DNA of 64,000 nucleotides from Octopus sinensis (taxonomy: Eukaryota): positions 13,764,001 through 13,828,000 of the forward strand of contig NC_043010.1 of assembly GCF_006345805.1 (NCBI RefSeq). Direction: 5' to 3'. Positions 35,945 through 48,817 of the stretch are shown here, piece by piece; position 1 is the first letter of the stretch; each line of letters opens with the position of its first letter. The translations under genes were made by a program, and so were the position numbers. The notes under the pieces are model-generated. The model worked only from the letters and a program-made list of their open reading frames with translations, did no database searches and was not told the DNA's origin.

Positions 35945-38668
35945 ATAGAGAATAGGAGATGGTCTAGTTAAGAAACTAGAAGAAGCCTGGAGGACTGGTA
36001 ATGCGGACCAAGCGAGGGTGAAAAGACTGGAGTTAAACCAGCATCTTGAAGCCCAACACATGGGAAGTATTGCCAGAGCTAAGTTACGTGCAATGGGAAG
36101 TGAAGGAATCAAGGCCGCTGGATGGGTCCGGGTGGTGGAAGCTCGGCAAGGAAATAGTTCCACTATTCGGTCTTTGACGAATCAAAATGGTGTCTTGGTA
36201 AACGAACCCGAGAAAATGTGTGAGGCCTTTCGGGAGTACTTCGCCCAGCTGTTCGGGGGTGACGGCAGTCCTGGTGGTGGGAGAGCCCTCGAGGACTTTC
36301 TTACCGGGCTGCCATGCCTCTCGGGGTCGGATGCGGAGTCTTGCGAAGGGTCAATCACGCCTGTGGAGGTGATGGAGGCTTTGGCCGACTGTAAATTAGG
36401 TAAGTCGCCGGGACTTGATGGTCTTCCGTACGAGCTGTATAAATGTATGCCAGACTTGTTCGGGCATCTACTGGCTGATATGTACGCGAACTGGCAACAG
36501 AATGGGTTTATCCCCAGATCTGTGCACCGGGAAGTAGTGACGTTGGTCAGAAAGGACCCGGACAAGGAGAACGTTATAGAGAATTTCAGGCCCATCACTC
36601 TGTTAAACGCAGAAGTTAAGATTTTGGCCAAGGTCTTAGGAAAAAGATTGGCGCGTGTTGCGAATGGTATAGTCGGGGAGTCACAGACATGTGCCATCCC
36701 AAGCAGAACCATTCAGGATACCCTCCATCTTATTCGCTATACCAGAGAGGGTTGGTAATAAATCTGGCAAAGGTGGGGCATTGGTACATTTAGACCAGTC
36801 TAAAGCTTTTGATAGGGTTGACCATCGATACTTAGCGACGGTGCTTGCGCGGTTCGGCCTGGGCTTTGGCTTCTTCAGGTGGTTTATCGCTTTGTACCAC
36901 AACATTGACTCGATAGTTCGGGTGAACGGTTTCCTTTCGAAGCCGTTCTGCATCAGACGCTCGGTTCGTCAAGGATGTCCGCTCTCACCACTTTTGTATG
37001 TGATGGCTCTCGATCCCCTACTGCGAAGGTTGAGTGGCATCCCGAGAGAACCAGGTCTAGATGAGCTTATTACGGCTTACGCGGATGATATCACTATCAG
37101 CGTAACCTCAGTAGCACGCCTACGTGAAGTGGGTAAGACTATTGAGGCTTACGAGGAGGTGGCAGGAGCAGAGATTAACCGGGAAAAGTCGGTCGGCTTG
37201 CAGCTCGGCACCTGGGTTGGCAAGTCGATGCCTTCAGACAGCGTTGTTGGGCGCTGGACGAAGGGACCGGTTAAGTTGCTGGGAGTTTGGTTTGGACCAG
37301 GCCTCCAGAGAGAGAAGAACTGGACGGAGGTATTGAGCAGGGTGGCTGCAGTAGTCAAGACCTGGTCTTGGCGGTGGCTATCCCTGAAAGGGAGGGCGGA
37401 GGTGGCCAATGTGTTTATCACATCGGTCATTACCTACCGCCTGACCGTCGTGCCCTGTCCGGATTCGTGGTTGATCAGCTCTTTCGCTTTTTGTGGAAGG
37501 GCAGGTCCCCACTTGTGAAACGCTCTGTCTGCTGTCAAAAGCCTTTAAAGGGAGGTTTAGGGATGACTTGGTTAATGATGCGCAGGCATGCGTTGAGGTT
37601 GAAGCACCTCTGGATTCTCCTGGATAGTGAACGGGTGTGGTCTCCGCTGGCAAGACAAATGTTCCCCGAGTTCAAAAGTTTTTACGAACAGGAAGCCTGG
37701 TGTTCTCGTAGACCGAGGTCGAGTGAATGGCATAAAGAGTGCCGTAAGGCCCTCTTGCTATTCCGACGCTCGGACAACGCCAGCGGTGGGGGTTCCACAC
37801 GGATTTTATATAGTGGGTTGGTAGAGTCTGAATGCGACGATGGCCTTGGGGGAGACTCTACATCTCGGATTTATTCAACTGGACAGCCTGTTTTACCGTA
37901 CATTCGGGTTGAGCACGTTGGACAACTTCCAAAATTCCTTAACCTAGCAATGCTACAGAGGTGCCTTGCCCGTTTGGGATAAGCTTGCAAGACACGGTAA
38001 GCGTCAGTCGCCGACCTGTCCAAGATGCGGGGGGGGGTGCGGACAGGGAACCCATCCATCACGCTATTGTTCAGTGTCCGGAGATATCTGAAATGTGGGC
38101 TTATGCTGAACACCTGTTGTCCGGCGAAGGAAGAGTACCGCTGTTAACTGAGTCAATTATAAAAATTGCCCCACCGGGAGTTTTAACGAACGAAGGTAAG
38201 AATTGTTTTCTCACGGTTGTAGCAATAGCGAAAGAGGCAGCATGGAAGACTAGGATAAAAGGAATTTAGACAGGCAACTTTATCTCTGGCCACAATTTAC
38301 GATAATTTTTTTCTTTTCATTTGAAAAGGAAGGTGTGGCTGGAGAAGAGATGTCTATCGGAGTGTACGTTCCAAAAGAGATGGAAGCATGTTGCACGAGT
38401 GTTGTGCGTGCAAGGAACCGTGTAAACAGACGGGGAAAAAAGAACAAAAAAAGATACCAGCGATAGATCGGGGCTTGTGGGGTCGGAGCGCGGCCTGGTT
38501 GTCGCTTCATTTGTGTTGTCCCTGTATTGTTAATTTCATTCGATTTTCTATATATTGTATTTAATTTTTAAAAGTCGCATTTTATGTAAAATCATACCGC
38601 ATTACTGATCCCATCAGTTGTTCTGTCCATTTCTATGTTTAGCCCCCCCGGTGGGCAATAAAGAAATT
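35945..38668 (+). mobile_element. 5'-truncated Tx1/L1-clade LINE (subfamily beta), frameshifted ORF2
   Basis: KSPGLDGLPYE, NFRPITLLN, DQSKAFDRVDH, QGCPLSP, AYADD, LSLKGRAEV motifs across three frames; 3' end TTTAGCCCCCCCGGTGGGCAATAAAGAAAT. Confidence 0.9.
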
Positions 38669-39177
38669 GGTATTTCATCAGTCTATGTTCAGAGTTCAAA
38701 TTCCGCCGAAGTCGACTTTGCGTTTCATCCTTTCGGAGTCGATAAATTAAGTACCTATTGCGTACTGGGGTTGATCTAATCGACTGGTGCCCCTAAAAAT
38801 CTTGGGCCTTGTGCCTAGAGTAGAAAGGAATCGTAAGCACGTCGGACAAAATGCTTAGAAGCATTTCGTCTGTCCTTTCTTACCGTACGCTCTGAGTTCA
38901 AATTCAACTGAGGTCAACTTTGCCTTTCATCCTTCCGGAGTCGATAAAAGTACTGGGTCGATGAAATCGACTCAACCCTCCTTACCAAAATTCAGGCCTT
39001 GTGCCTATAGAAGAAACGATTATTTATAGCTCTCTCTGCTTCGAGATCCACCGCTTACCCATCCCAAAGAATTGTTTCACGTTATTTCGAGGTTTATAAA
39101 TTCTTATGACATCATTTATGTCTATCTTCGTAGGAATTTGCTTCATTTCCATATTTTACATCACATAGACCCAATTT

Positions 39178-39611
39178 GGATCTTTTCGGTTTGAACGGCA
39201 GGTTTTTCTAGCGGTGTCATATGAAATTGTCACCCATAATTATGACCCTAGTATCGATCTATCGATCTGCTTAGGGTTAGGGTTAGTTAGGGTTATGGTT
39301 AGGGTTAGGAGGGGGGGGAAGGGTATCTTTTTTTTCTTCACAAATGTAAATAAACCCAATCTGTTTCTTAAACGAGGGACATATTCATACGGCACAGAAT
39401 GTTTTCACCTCAATAGACGTCATTGATTGGTTGAAATTTCAGAAATTGAAGAAAAAACAACAACAAATATCTTACAAACTATAGAATTTTCTCAATAAAG
39501 CCAAGAGAAAAAGATGTTTTATAAACACATTTCAGCAGTATACGAAGTTTAAAAGTGTTTAGTTACGTGGAAATTATTTTTAAAAAACTGCCGTTCAAAC
39601 CGAAAAGATCC
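39178..39611. mobile_element. TIR MITE with internal (TTAGGG)n
   Basis: Both TIRs present. Confidence 0.85.
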
Positions 39612-39863
39612 ATGTTTCAAGCAGCAAAGAGACCGTGACTGACAAATGTTTTATTTTATTATCATTTTTAAAGCAACGTTGAGTATATATATATTTACAG
39701 TCATAAGCATTGAAATATTCGTGAAGCCTTCATGCGTCCTATGATTCATTTAGTTAACAAACATCGGTCTAAATAGCAACACTATCTACTTTGCAGACTT
39801 CATTCAGAAAATTCTTTTTAGCTGACTTCACCGAGACAAAAGCAGTAATGTTAGAAAGAGTTA

Positions 39864-40278
39864 GGATCTTTTCGGCTTGAACGGCAGTTTTTAACATAAT
39901 TTCTAGGTAACTAAAAAATTTTAAACTTCGTATACTGGTAGAATGTGTTTATAAAACATCTTTTTTCTCTTGGCTTTATTGAGAAAATTCTATAGTTTGT
40001 AAGATATTTGTTGTTTTTTTCTTTAATTTCTGCAATTTCAACCAATCAGTGACGTCTATTGAGTTAAAAAGCATTCTGTGCCGTATGAATATGTCCCTCG
40101 TTTAAGAAACAGATTGGGTTTATTTACATTTGTGAAGAAAAAAGATACCCTTCCCCCACCCCTAACCCTAACCCTAAAACAGATTGAAATGCAATAGATC
40201 GATACTAGGCTCATAATTATGGGTGACAATTTCATATGACACCGCTAGAAAAAACTGCCGTTCAAACCGAAAAGATCC
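39864..40278. mobile_element. TIR MITE with internal (CCCTAA)n, inverted relative to the 39178 copy
   Basis: Both TIRs present; flanked by an 85-bp direct duplication. Confidence 0.85.
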
Positions 40279-40561
40279 ACACTGTCTGCTTTGCAGACTT
40301 CATTCATAAAATTCTTTTTAGCTGACTTCACCGAGACAAAAGCAGTAATGTTAGAAAGAGTTAGTCTACCGCAGTCATTATTTTCTAACATGGGTCGTCA
40401 CAAGCCTGAACGAACGCACACAAGCAGACGCACACGAAGTCGATGTAGCTGTAGAGTGCACCCGTCTATTTCCATATTATAGTGTATGTATGTGTGGTCT
40501 TGGTGCGCGCGCGTGTGTTTGTGTGTGCGTGCGTGCGTGTGTGTGTGTATGTGTGCATATA

Positions 40562-41304
40562 TATTTCTTTACTACCCACAAGGGGCTAAACACCGAGGGA
40601 GCAAACAAAGACAGACAAACGGATCAAGTCGATCACATCGACCCCAGTGCGTAACTGGTACTTAATTTATCGACCCCGAAAGGATGAAAGGCAAAGTCGA
40701 CCTCGGCGGAATTTGAACTCAGAACACAGCGGCAGACGAAATACCTATTTCTTTACTACCCACAAGGGGCCAAACACAGAGGGGACAAACAAAGACAGAC
40801 AAACGGATCAAGTCGATCACATCGACCCCAGTGCGTAACTGCTACTTAATTTATCGACCCCGAAAGGATGAAAGGCAAAGTCGACCTCGGCGGAATTTGA
40901 ACTCAGAACGTAGCGGCAGACGAAATACCTATTTCTTTACTACCCACAAGGGGCTAAACACAGAGGGGACAAACAAGGACAGACAAACGGATTAAGTCGT
41001 TTACATCGACCCCAGTGCGTAACTGGTACTTAATTTATCGACCCCGAAAGGACGAAAGGCAAAGTCGACCTCGGCGGAATTTGAACTCAGAACGTAACGG
41101 CAGACGAAATACCTATTTCTTTACTACCCACAAGGGGCTAAACACAGAGGGGACAAACAAGGACAGACAAACGGATTAAGTCGATTACATCGACCCCAGT
41201 GTGTAACTGGTACTTATTTAATCGACCCCCGAAAGGATGAAAGGCAAAGTCGACCTCGGCGGAATTTGAACTCAGAACGTAACGGCGTGCTAACGATTCT
41301 GCCA
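40562..41304 (-). mobile_element. SINE-B tandem array, 4 units, 184-bp period
   Basis: Unit 3' ends at 40562, 40746, 40930 and 41114; partial head at 41282-41304. Confidence 0.88.
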
Positions 41305-41476
41305 TATATGTGTGTGTGTGTATATATGTATGCATACATGGCCTGGCTGCGTGGTAAGAAGTTTGCTTCCTAATCACATGTTTCTGAGTTCAGTCCCTCT
41401 GCGTGGAACTTTGGCAAGTATCTTCTATTATAGCCCTGGGCCGACCAAAACTCCCGTGAATGGATTTGGCAGCCGT

Positions 41477-41587
<111 letters not shown>

Positions 41588-41805
41588 GTATATATGTATA
41601 TGGGTGCGCGTGAATGCCTTTATGCTTGTTCCCCATCTCAGCTTGATAACCGGTGTTAGTTTGTTTAGCCCCGTAACTAAGGACTCCGGCATGGAGGCCG
41701 TTAAAATAAGTTCCAGGCTTTATGCAGTTTCCGTACTTTTCTCCGCTGCCACCTCAATGTTGAATCTTTTTCCGTGACTGTTCTACCACTCCCAGAAAGC
41801 TTACC

Positions 41806-41844
<39 letters not shown>

Positions 41845-41989
41845 ATTCTCATTTAATTGTATATATTTTAATTGTTTTTTTATTCATACGTTTCGTCTCA
41901 TTCGATACCCTGACCTCAACGTTTGTTTTATCTGTCCCCGTATTGTCCCCTCTTTTTCTCAACCTTATGGTGAATAAAGAAATACTTTC

Positions 41990-42053
<64 letters not shown>

Positions 42054-42354
42054 ACGCTATCTACTCCTCTTCTTTTGTCTTCACTCTCTCACTACCTCAC
42101 TACTTCATCAAATCAGTATACTTTCCCCTAGCCTTTCTCTCGTACACACACACACACACACACACATTTATATATCAAAATATATAAAATCTTAAGATGG
42201 CACTCGAAAATAAATACCAAAATAAATACATGCACATATTTGGATATATTTTTCTCCGGACACGAATTCGTGTTTCCAATTATGAAACGAACTCGTGTTT
42301 CTAATAACCCCACATTTAAAATAAAGCGTACAGAAAACAGATTGGATGGATGAT

Positions 42355-42735
42355 GGAAGCACTCCGTCGGTCACGACGAGGGTTCCGGTTGATCCGAATC
42401 AACAGAACAGCCTGCTCGTGAAATTAACGTGTAAGTGGCTGAGCACTCCACAGACACGTGTACCCTTAACGTAGTTCTCGGGGATATTCACCGTGACACA
42501 GAGAGTGACAAGGCCGGCCCTTTGAAATACAGGTACAACAGAAACAGGAAGTAAGAGTGAGAGAAAGTTGTGGTGAAAGAGTACAGCAGGGATCACCACC
42601 ATCCCCTGCCGGAGTTCGTGGTGCTTTTAGGTGTTTTCGCTCAATAAACACTCACAACGCCCGGTCTGGGAATCGAAACCGCGATCCTATGACCGCGAGT
42701 CCGCTGCCCTAACCACTGGGCCATTGCGCCTCCAC
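42355..42735 (-). mobile_element. SINE-C
   Basis: Full-length homology; (TCCA)n-like tail. Confidence 0.85.
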
Positions 42736-43074
42736 TCTGAGTATATACAGACTGGCCACGCTGAAAAGGAAAAACCAGAAAGCTACGATGCAGTCGAAAT
42801 ATTGATAAATCATTTGCAAATTTACTATGCATAAAATACTTAATAAGAGCGCTCGGTTCTCCGAAATTGATTGAAACTTGATATTTAAAACTTGCAGAAG
42901 TAGACTGCAATGTTTGCTCTGACGCAGCAAAACAGCTGCAATGAACTTCCAGCAAATTCCAGCAAAGATAATGCACCTTTTTTCATCTTTCAATTTCACC
43001 CACAATAACCTTGCATTTAACGTCGTGCTATCCTCTTTTAAAATGGCTGAGTTTACTTCATTCAAGCAAGTCCT

Positions 43075-43493
43075 GGAATCTTTTCGGTTTGAACGGCAGT
43101 TTTTAAAAATAATTTCCACCTAACTAAACACTTTTAAACTTCGTATACTGGTAGAATGTGTTTATAAAACATCTTTTTCTCTTGGCTATATTGAGAAAAT
43201 TCTATAGTTTGTAAGATATTTGTTGTTGTTTTTCTTCAATTTCTGCAATTTCAACCAATCAATGACGTCTTTTGAGTTAAAAAAACATTCTGTGCCGTAC
43301 GAATATGTCCCTCGTTTAAGAAACAGATTGGGTTTATTTACATTTCTGAAGAAAAAATGATACCCTTCCCCCTAACCCTAACCCTAACCCTAAAACAGAT
43401 TGAAATGCAATAGATCGATACTAGGGTCATAATTATGGGTGACAATTTCATATGACACCGCTAGAAAAACTGCCGTTCAAACCGAAAAGATCC
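43075..43493. mobile_element. TIR MITE
   Basis: Both TIRs present. Confidence 0.85.
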
Positions 43494-43731
43494 CAATTCT
43501 GGACCATTTGTAGCTAGTTTTCAACTTAAGCAACGCTTGCATCTTGCAAGATATTGATATAACAGTCCGCTTCTGTAAGTTGATTTTAAATAACATTTTT
43601 TGTAATTAATTCCGGAGAATCGAACGCTCTTATAAAGTATTTTATGGATAGTAAATTTGTAAATTGATTTATCAATATTTCGACTGCGTTCGTAGCTTTC
43701 TAGCTTTTTCCTTTTCAGTATTACTAGTCTA

Positions 43732-44150
43732 GGATCTTTTCGGTTTGAACGGCAGTTTTTTCTAGCGGTGTCATATGAAATTGCCACCCATAATTATGAC
43801 CCTAGTATCGATCTATTGCATTTCAATCTGTTTTAGGGTTAGGGTTAGGGGTGGGGGGAAGGGTATCTTTTTTCTTCACAAATGTAAATAAACCCAATCT
43901 GTTTCTTAAAAGGAGGGACATATTCATACGGCACAGAATGTTTTTTTTTACCTCAATAGACGTCACTGATTGGTTGAAATTGCATAAATTGAAGAAAACA
44001 ACAACAAATATCTTACAAACTATAGAATTTTCTCAATAAAGCCAAGAGAAAAATATGTTTTATAAATACATTCTACCAGTATACGAAGTTTAAAATTTTT
44101 TAGTTACCAAGAAATTATGTTAAAAGCTGCCGTTCAAACCGAAAAGATCC
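43732..44150. mobile_element. TIR MITE, inverted relative to the 43075 copy
   Basis: Both TIRs; degenerate 8-bp TSD CTAGTCTA/CCAGTCTG. Confidence 0.85.
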
Positions 44151-46675
44151 CCAGTCTGTATATAATCAGTGTATATCTCTTAATGATTCTATCTCTTTTC
44201 TGTTTTTCACTGATGATAATACCAGACTTAAACGGAGTGGCGGGAGGGGCTGTTACAAAAACACGAATTCTTATCCGGGGGAATATTTATAAATATATGC
44301 ATGTATTTGTTTTAGTGCTTAATTTCGAATGTCATCTTATCTTAGCTATCTTTATATTTTAATTATATATGTATGCACACACAAAGGCACACACACAAAC
44401 ATAAATATATATGCATATGTATTTATTTATGTGTATATATATATACATAGATATATGTATATGCGTGTGAGTGTGCGTGAGAGTGTCTACGCGTATATAT
44501 ATGCGCACGCTTATACGTTGATGATCTAGATTGAAAGAAATTATATTAACTACAGAAGATAATTGCTGAAACTGTCAGCGACGAGTACCATAGCAACACC
44601 ACTGTAGAACGTATTCTATCGACTCCCAATCCTGTGCTGAATCTGTGGGGAAGGTGCATTACACGAAAGCACCAGGAAAACGCCTTACAATTAGATATTT
44701 GCATTAACGCTCTACAGAGTGTCATTCGGGTGCAAATTTAAAAGAATTACAAGAGACCAGACCGACATAACAAGCTGGCGCTGACAAATCTTGTAGACAA
44801 AAATAGAAGTACTGACTTGGCTAAAAATGATAGGTCTTCTGCTTGCCTAAACACGCACGAACAGTTTAATGTGTATACGTATTTGAGCATGTCCCTTTTC
44901 TTTCATTTTAGTCATCGGACCTCGGATTTTAGTCGATCAAACCGGTCCTCTGCCCACCACCAGTACTCATTCTTTTTTACTCTATGCACAAGGCCCGACA
45001 TTTTTGGAGATGAGGCCAGTCAATTGGATCGACTCCATTATGCAACTGGTACTTAATTAATCGACTCTGAAAGGATGAAAGATCCGAAATTTTGGGGGAG
45101 GGGGCCAGTAAATTAGATCGACTCCACTGGTACTTAATTTATCGACCCCGAAAGGATAAAAGACAAAGTCGACCTCGGCGGAATTTGAACTCAGAACGTA
45201 ACGACAGACGAAATATCGCTAAGCATTTCGCCCGGCGTGCTGACGATTTAACAATCAATATTGACAATGGTGATGGTTGGTGCTGCCAACTGTTAATCTT
45301 AATGAAAATTCCTCGATTTCGTAAAAACAAACAAACGAATAAACACGACTAAAAACAATACCTCCGCCTTCGCTAAGGCGGAGGCAATAAGTACTGGCGA
45401 TGGAAGGCGGCGAGCTGGCAGAATCGTTAGTACGCCGGGCGAAATGCTTAGTGGTATTTCGTCTGCCGCTACATTCTGAGTTCAAATTCCGCCGAGGTTG
45501 ATTTTGCCTTTCATCGTTTCGGGGTCGATTAAATAAGTACCAGTTACGCACTGGAGTCGATATAATCAACTTAATCCGTTTGTCTGTCCTTGTGTGTCCT
45601 TCCCGCGAAACTGCTGGCCTTGTGCCAAAATTTGAAGCCAATATTGATTGCTAAATAAAACCAGGCAAAATGCATAGAAGCATTTCGTCCGTCTTTACGT
45701 TCTGCGTTCAAATTCCGCTAAGGTTGATTTTTGCCTTTCATCCTTTTGGGGTCCATAAAATAAGTATCACTGGGGGATCGATACAATCGTCTTAACCACC
45801 ACCCCCGCTCTCGAAATAGCCAGCCTAGGCGTGTCTATGGAGTAAGAACTTTGCTTCCCAACTACATGGTTCCGGGTTCAATCGTACCGTGTGACACCGT
45901 GGGCAAGTAGGTGTCTTCTTCCATAACTCCTGGGTCGGAAAGGCCTTTCACATAGGGTAGACACACTGTGGTCAGTTTATGGGTTTCATCCCCTCTTCTC
46001 ATCATAACTGGAATGGATAATATATTTTAAACCAGCATTGATTGCTAAATAATCTCACAAGACCTCACCACCATTCCTTCAAGCCGTATCAAATGACGTC
46101 AGGATTGATTATGATCTTATTGTTTGTTCTGAGCGAGTGACCAATACTCATGATCTTTAAATAACACCCCCCCCCCCTCCAACACACGTACACGCACGCA
46201 CACCTCCGGGAATAATGAGATCAATATGGCAGATGTTCAGCTCAGTTTGACATCTGTAACTCGATATTCAATCTACAGAAAAGTTTCTACGTGGTAGTTC
46301 AATCTACGAGAAATAACAGCCAATTTTTCTCTCATCTCACACGCTACCGTCTTTACAAAATCTTTTCTACTCTAGGCATACGGCCCGAAATTTTGGGCGA
46401 GGAGGAGGGCAGTCGATTAGATCGATCCCAGTACGCAACTGGTACTTAATTTTTCGACCCCGAAACGATGAAAGGCAAAGTCGACTAAGCATTTCTCCCG
46501 GCATGCTAACGTTTCTGCCAGCTCGCCGCCTTTGTCTTTAACAAATAATACAAAAAGGAAAAGCATATTGGAGAAAATAGTCATAGATACATTAAAAAAA
46601 CCCAAATATGGCACGATCACGGCTGGAATAAGTCATAAGTCACGGCTGGAATAGTCATAAGCCTGCTCAGTTCTT

Positions 46676-46960
46676 CGAGGGTCGGCTGAAAAGTTCATAG
46701 GCTGACCAAGATATTCTCATGGGATATCAATCCTCTTGCGGTCTACACAACTCTTCCATTGGTGTTGTAGTGCTTCGATCCCATTGGGGAAGAAGCTTTC
46801 GTCCTGTTGATAAAAAAAAAATCATCAACAGCAGATGTAACGTCATCATCACTGCGATACTGGTTCATGCTGGGAAACAGATAATAGTCAGATGGGGCCA
46901 AATCAGGAGAATAGGGAGGGTGGTGGCGAAATTTTTTTCCCACGAGAGTTCCGGACCCCA
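46676..46960 (-). mobile_element. Mariner transposon remnant (3' transposase end plus TIR)
   Basis: HPPYSPDLAPSDYYLFP motif; CGAGGGTCGGCTGAAAAGTT TIR-like end. Confidence 0.8.
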
Positions 46961-46969
46961 GTTATGAAC

Positions 46970-47160
46970 TCATTTGCATACAGCCAATCAGAGCTCAACT
47001 ATCAAACTAATTTATGAGCGCATAAGAAATGGGCGATAAGATAAGGTCACTTGGGTGAGGGATGACCATGTTTCTGTAGTGACGCTATTGCGGAAGTTTC
47101 AGCGCGCATGCGCATAGTTGGATTACTTCTTGTATGCCGCCGGAAGTTCCCTCATGCGCA
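46970..47160 (+). promoter_or_regulatory. Candidate Pol II promoter
   Basis: Octamer ATTTGCAT 46972, CCAAT 46984, ETS-type GCGGAAGT 47090 and CCGGAAGT 47140, NRF1-type GCGCATGCGC 47104; CpG retained. Confidence 0.5.
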
Positions 47161-47324
47161 TAATCACGGCTGGAATAACTTAAATCATAAGTCGGTTCAG
47201 TTCCGTGTTAACATTGGTCTAAACAAGACGAAGGAGAGAGATTCACAGAGGATTGGGACGACGGAGAGCAAGGACATGAAAAAGAATTTAGTTTGGAGGA
47301 TGAAAAAGTAAGAATGACGAGAGA

Positions 47325-47840
47325 GAGGAGAGAGAGAGAGAGAGAGAGAGTGGCAGAGAGAGAGTGGCAGAGAGAGAGTGGCAGAGAGAGAGTGGCAGAG
47401 AGAGGAAGAAGAGAAGAGAAGAAAAGAAAGACAGAAAGAAAAAGCGAGAAAGAGAGAGAGAAAGAGTGAGAAAGAAACACAGAGAGAGAAACAGAGAGAA
47501 AGAAATAGAGAGAAAGAGAGAAAGAAAGAGAGAAAGAGAGACAGAAAGAAAGAGAGAAAGAAAGAAAGAGAGAGAATGAAGGAGAGAAAGAAAGAGAGAA
47601 AGAGAGACAGAAAGAGAGACAGAAAGAAAGAGATAAAGAAAGAGAGGAAGAAAGAGAGAATAAGGAGAGAAAGAAAGAGAGAAAGAAAGAGAGAAAGAGA
47701 GACAGAAAGAAAGAGAGAATGAAGGAGAGAAAGAAAGAGAGAAAGAAAGAGAGAAAGAGAGACAGAAAGAAAGAGAGAAAGAGAGACAGAAAGAAAGAGA
47801 GAAAGAAAGAGAGGAAGAAAGAGAGAATGAAGGAGAGAAA
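47325..47840. repeat. Polypurine GA/GAAA compound repeat
   Basis: Direct inspection. Confidence 0.95.
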
Positions 47841-48373
47841 GCAATATTTGTGTCGGGTGAATATGGGTAAAAAAAAATCCGTCTGGCTTTCATTCGTCTT
47901 CTATATTTCTAACGAACCATTGTTAGCATTTATTTCTTAAAGCTGTCCCAACCCATCACCAGTCCTCCATACCAGCAATAAACCATTGTTAGTAGTGATT
48001 ATATAAAGATCTCACAACACATCACTAGTCCTTCATTGTTAGTATTGATTATTTAAAAGATCTCTCTCTCTCTCTCTTTCTCTCACTCTCTCTTTCTCTC
48101 TCTCTCTCTCCCTCACCAATCCTCCATGTTACCAACACATTGTTATCGATATTGATTATTTAAAGATCTCTCTAGCCTTCACTAGTCCTTCAAACCAATA
48201 AACATGCTATTATTGTCGGTATTGATTAGTTTGAAGATCTCACAAGGCCTTCACCAGAGTCTCCGTAATTACTGACACAAAAGTTACAAGCCCCTCATCA
48301 GCCCCTCGCTAGGCCCTCATCATGTCCTCACTAGCAACCTCACCAGTACCCATTCCAACCACTCACACTTTGT

Positions 48374-48591
48374 CAGGCGGCGAGCTGGCAGAAACGCTAG
48401 CACGCCGGGCGAAATGCGTAGCCGTATTTCGTCTGCCGTTACGTTCTGAGTTCAAATTCCACCGAGGTCGACTTTGCCTTTCATCCTTTCGGGGTCAATA
48501 AATTAAGTACCAGTTACGCACTGGGGTCGATGTAATCGACTTAATCCGTTTGTCTGTCCTTGTTTGTCCCCTTGTGGGTAGTAAAGAAATA
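48374..48591 (+). mobile_element. SINE-B, full length
   Basis: Head, body and tail; older B'-type copies also at about 23.5, 38.7, 45.0, 46.4 and 53.2 kb. Confidence 0.8.
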
Positions 48592-48610
48592 TATTTTAAT
48601 TATATATGTT

Positions 48611-48769
48611 GGAGTGGCTGAGTGGTAAGTAGCTTGTTTACCAACCACATGGTTCCGGGTTCAGTCCCACTGTGTAGAACCTTGGGCAAGTGTCTTCTAC
48701 TACAGCCTCGGGCCGACCAAAGCCTTGTGAGTGGATTTGGTAGACGGAAACTGAAAGAAGCCCGTCGTA

Positions 48770-48817
<48 letters not shown>

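Noticed and set aside
40562-41304. Regular 184-bp array as CRISPR-like
   Set aside because: No unique spacers, eukaryotic context, and the units are SINE bodies.
47845-47885. YPYSPD in a minus frame as a second mariner fragment
   Set aside because: Too short, with no flanking transposase similarity or TIR.
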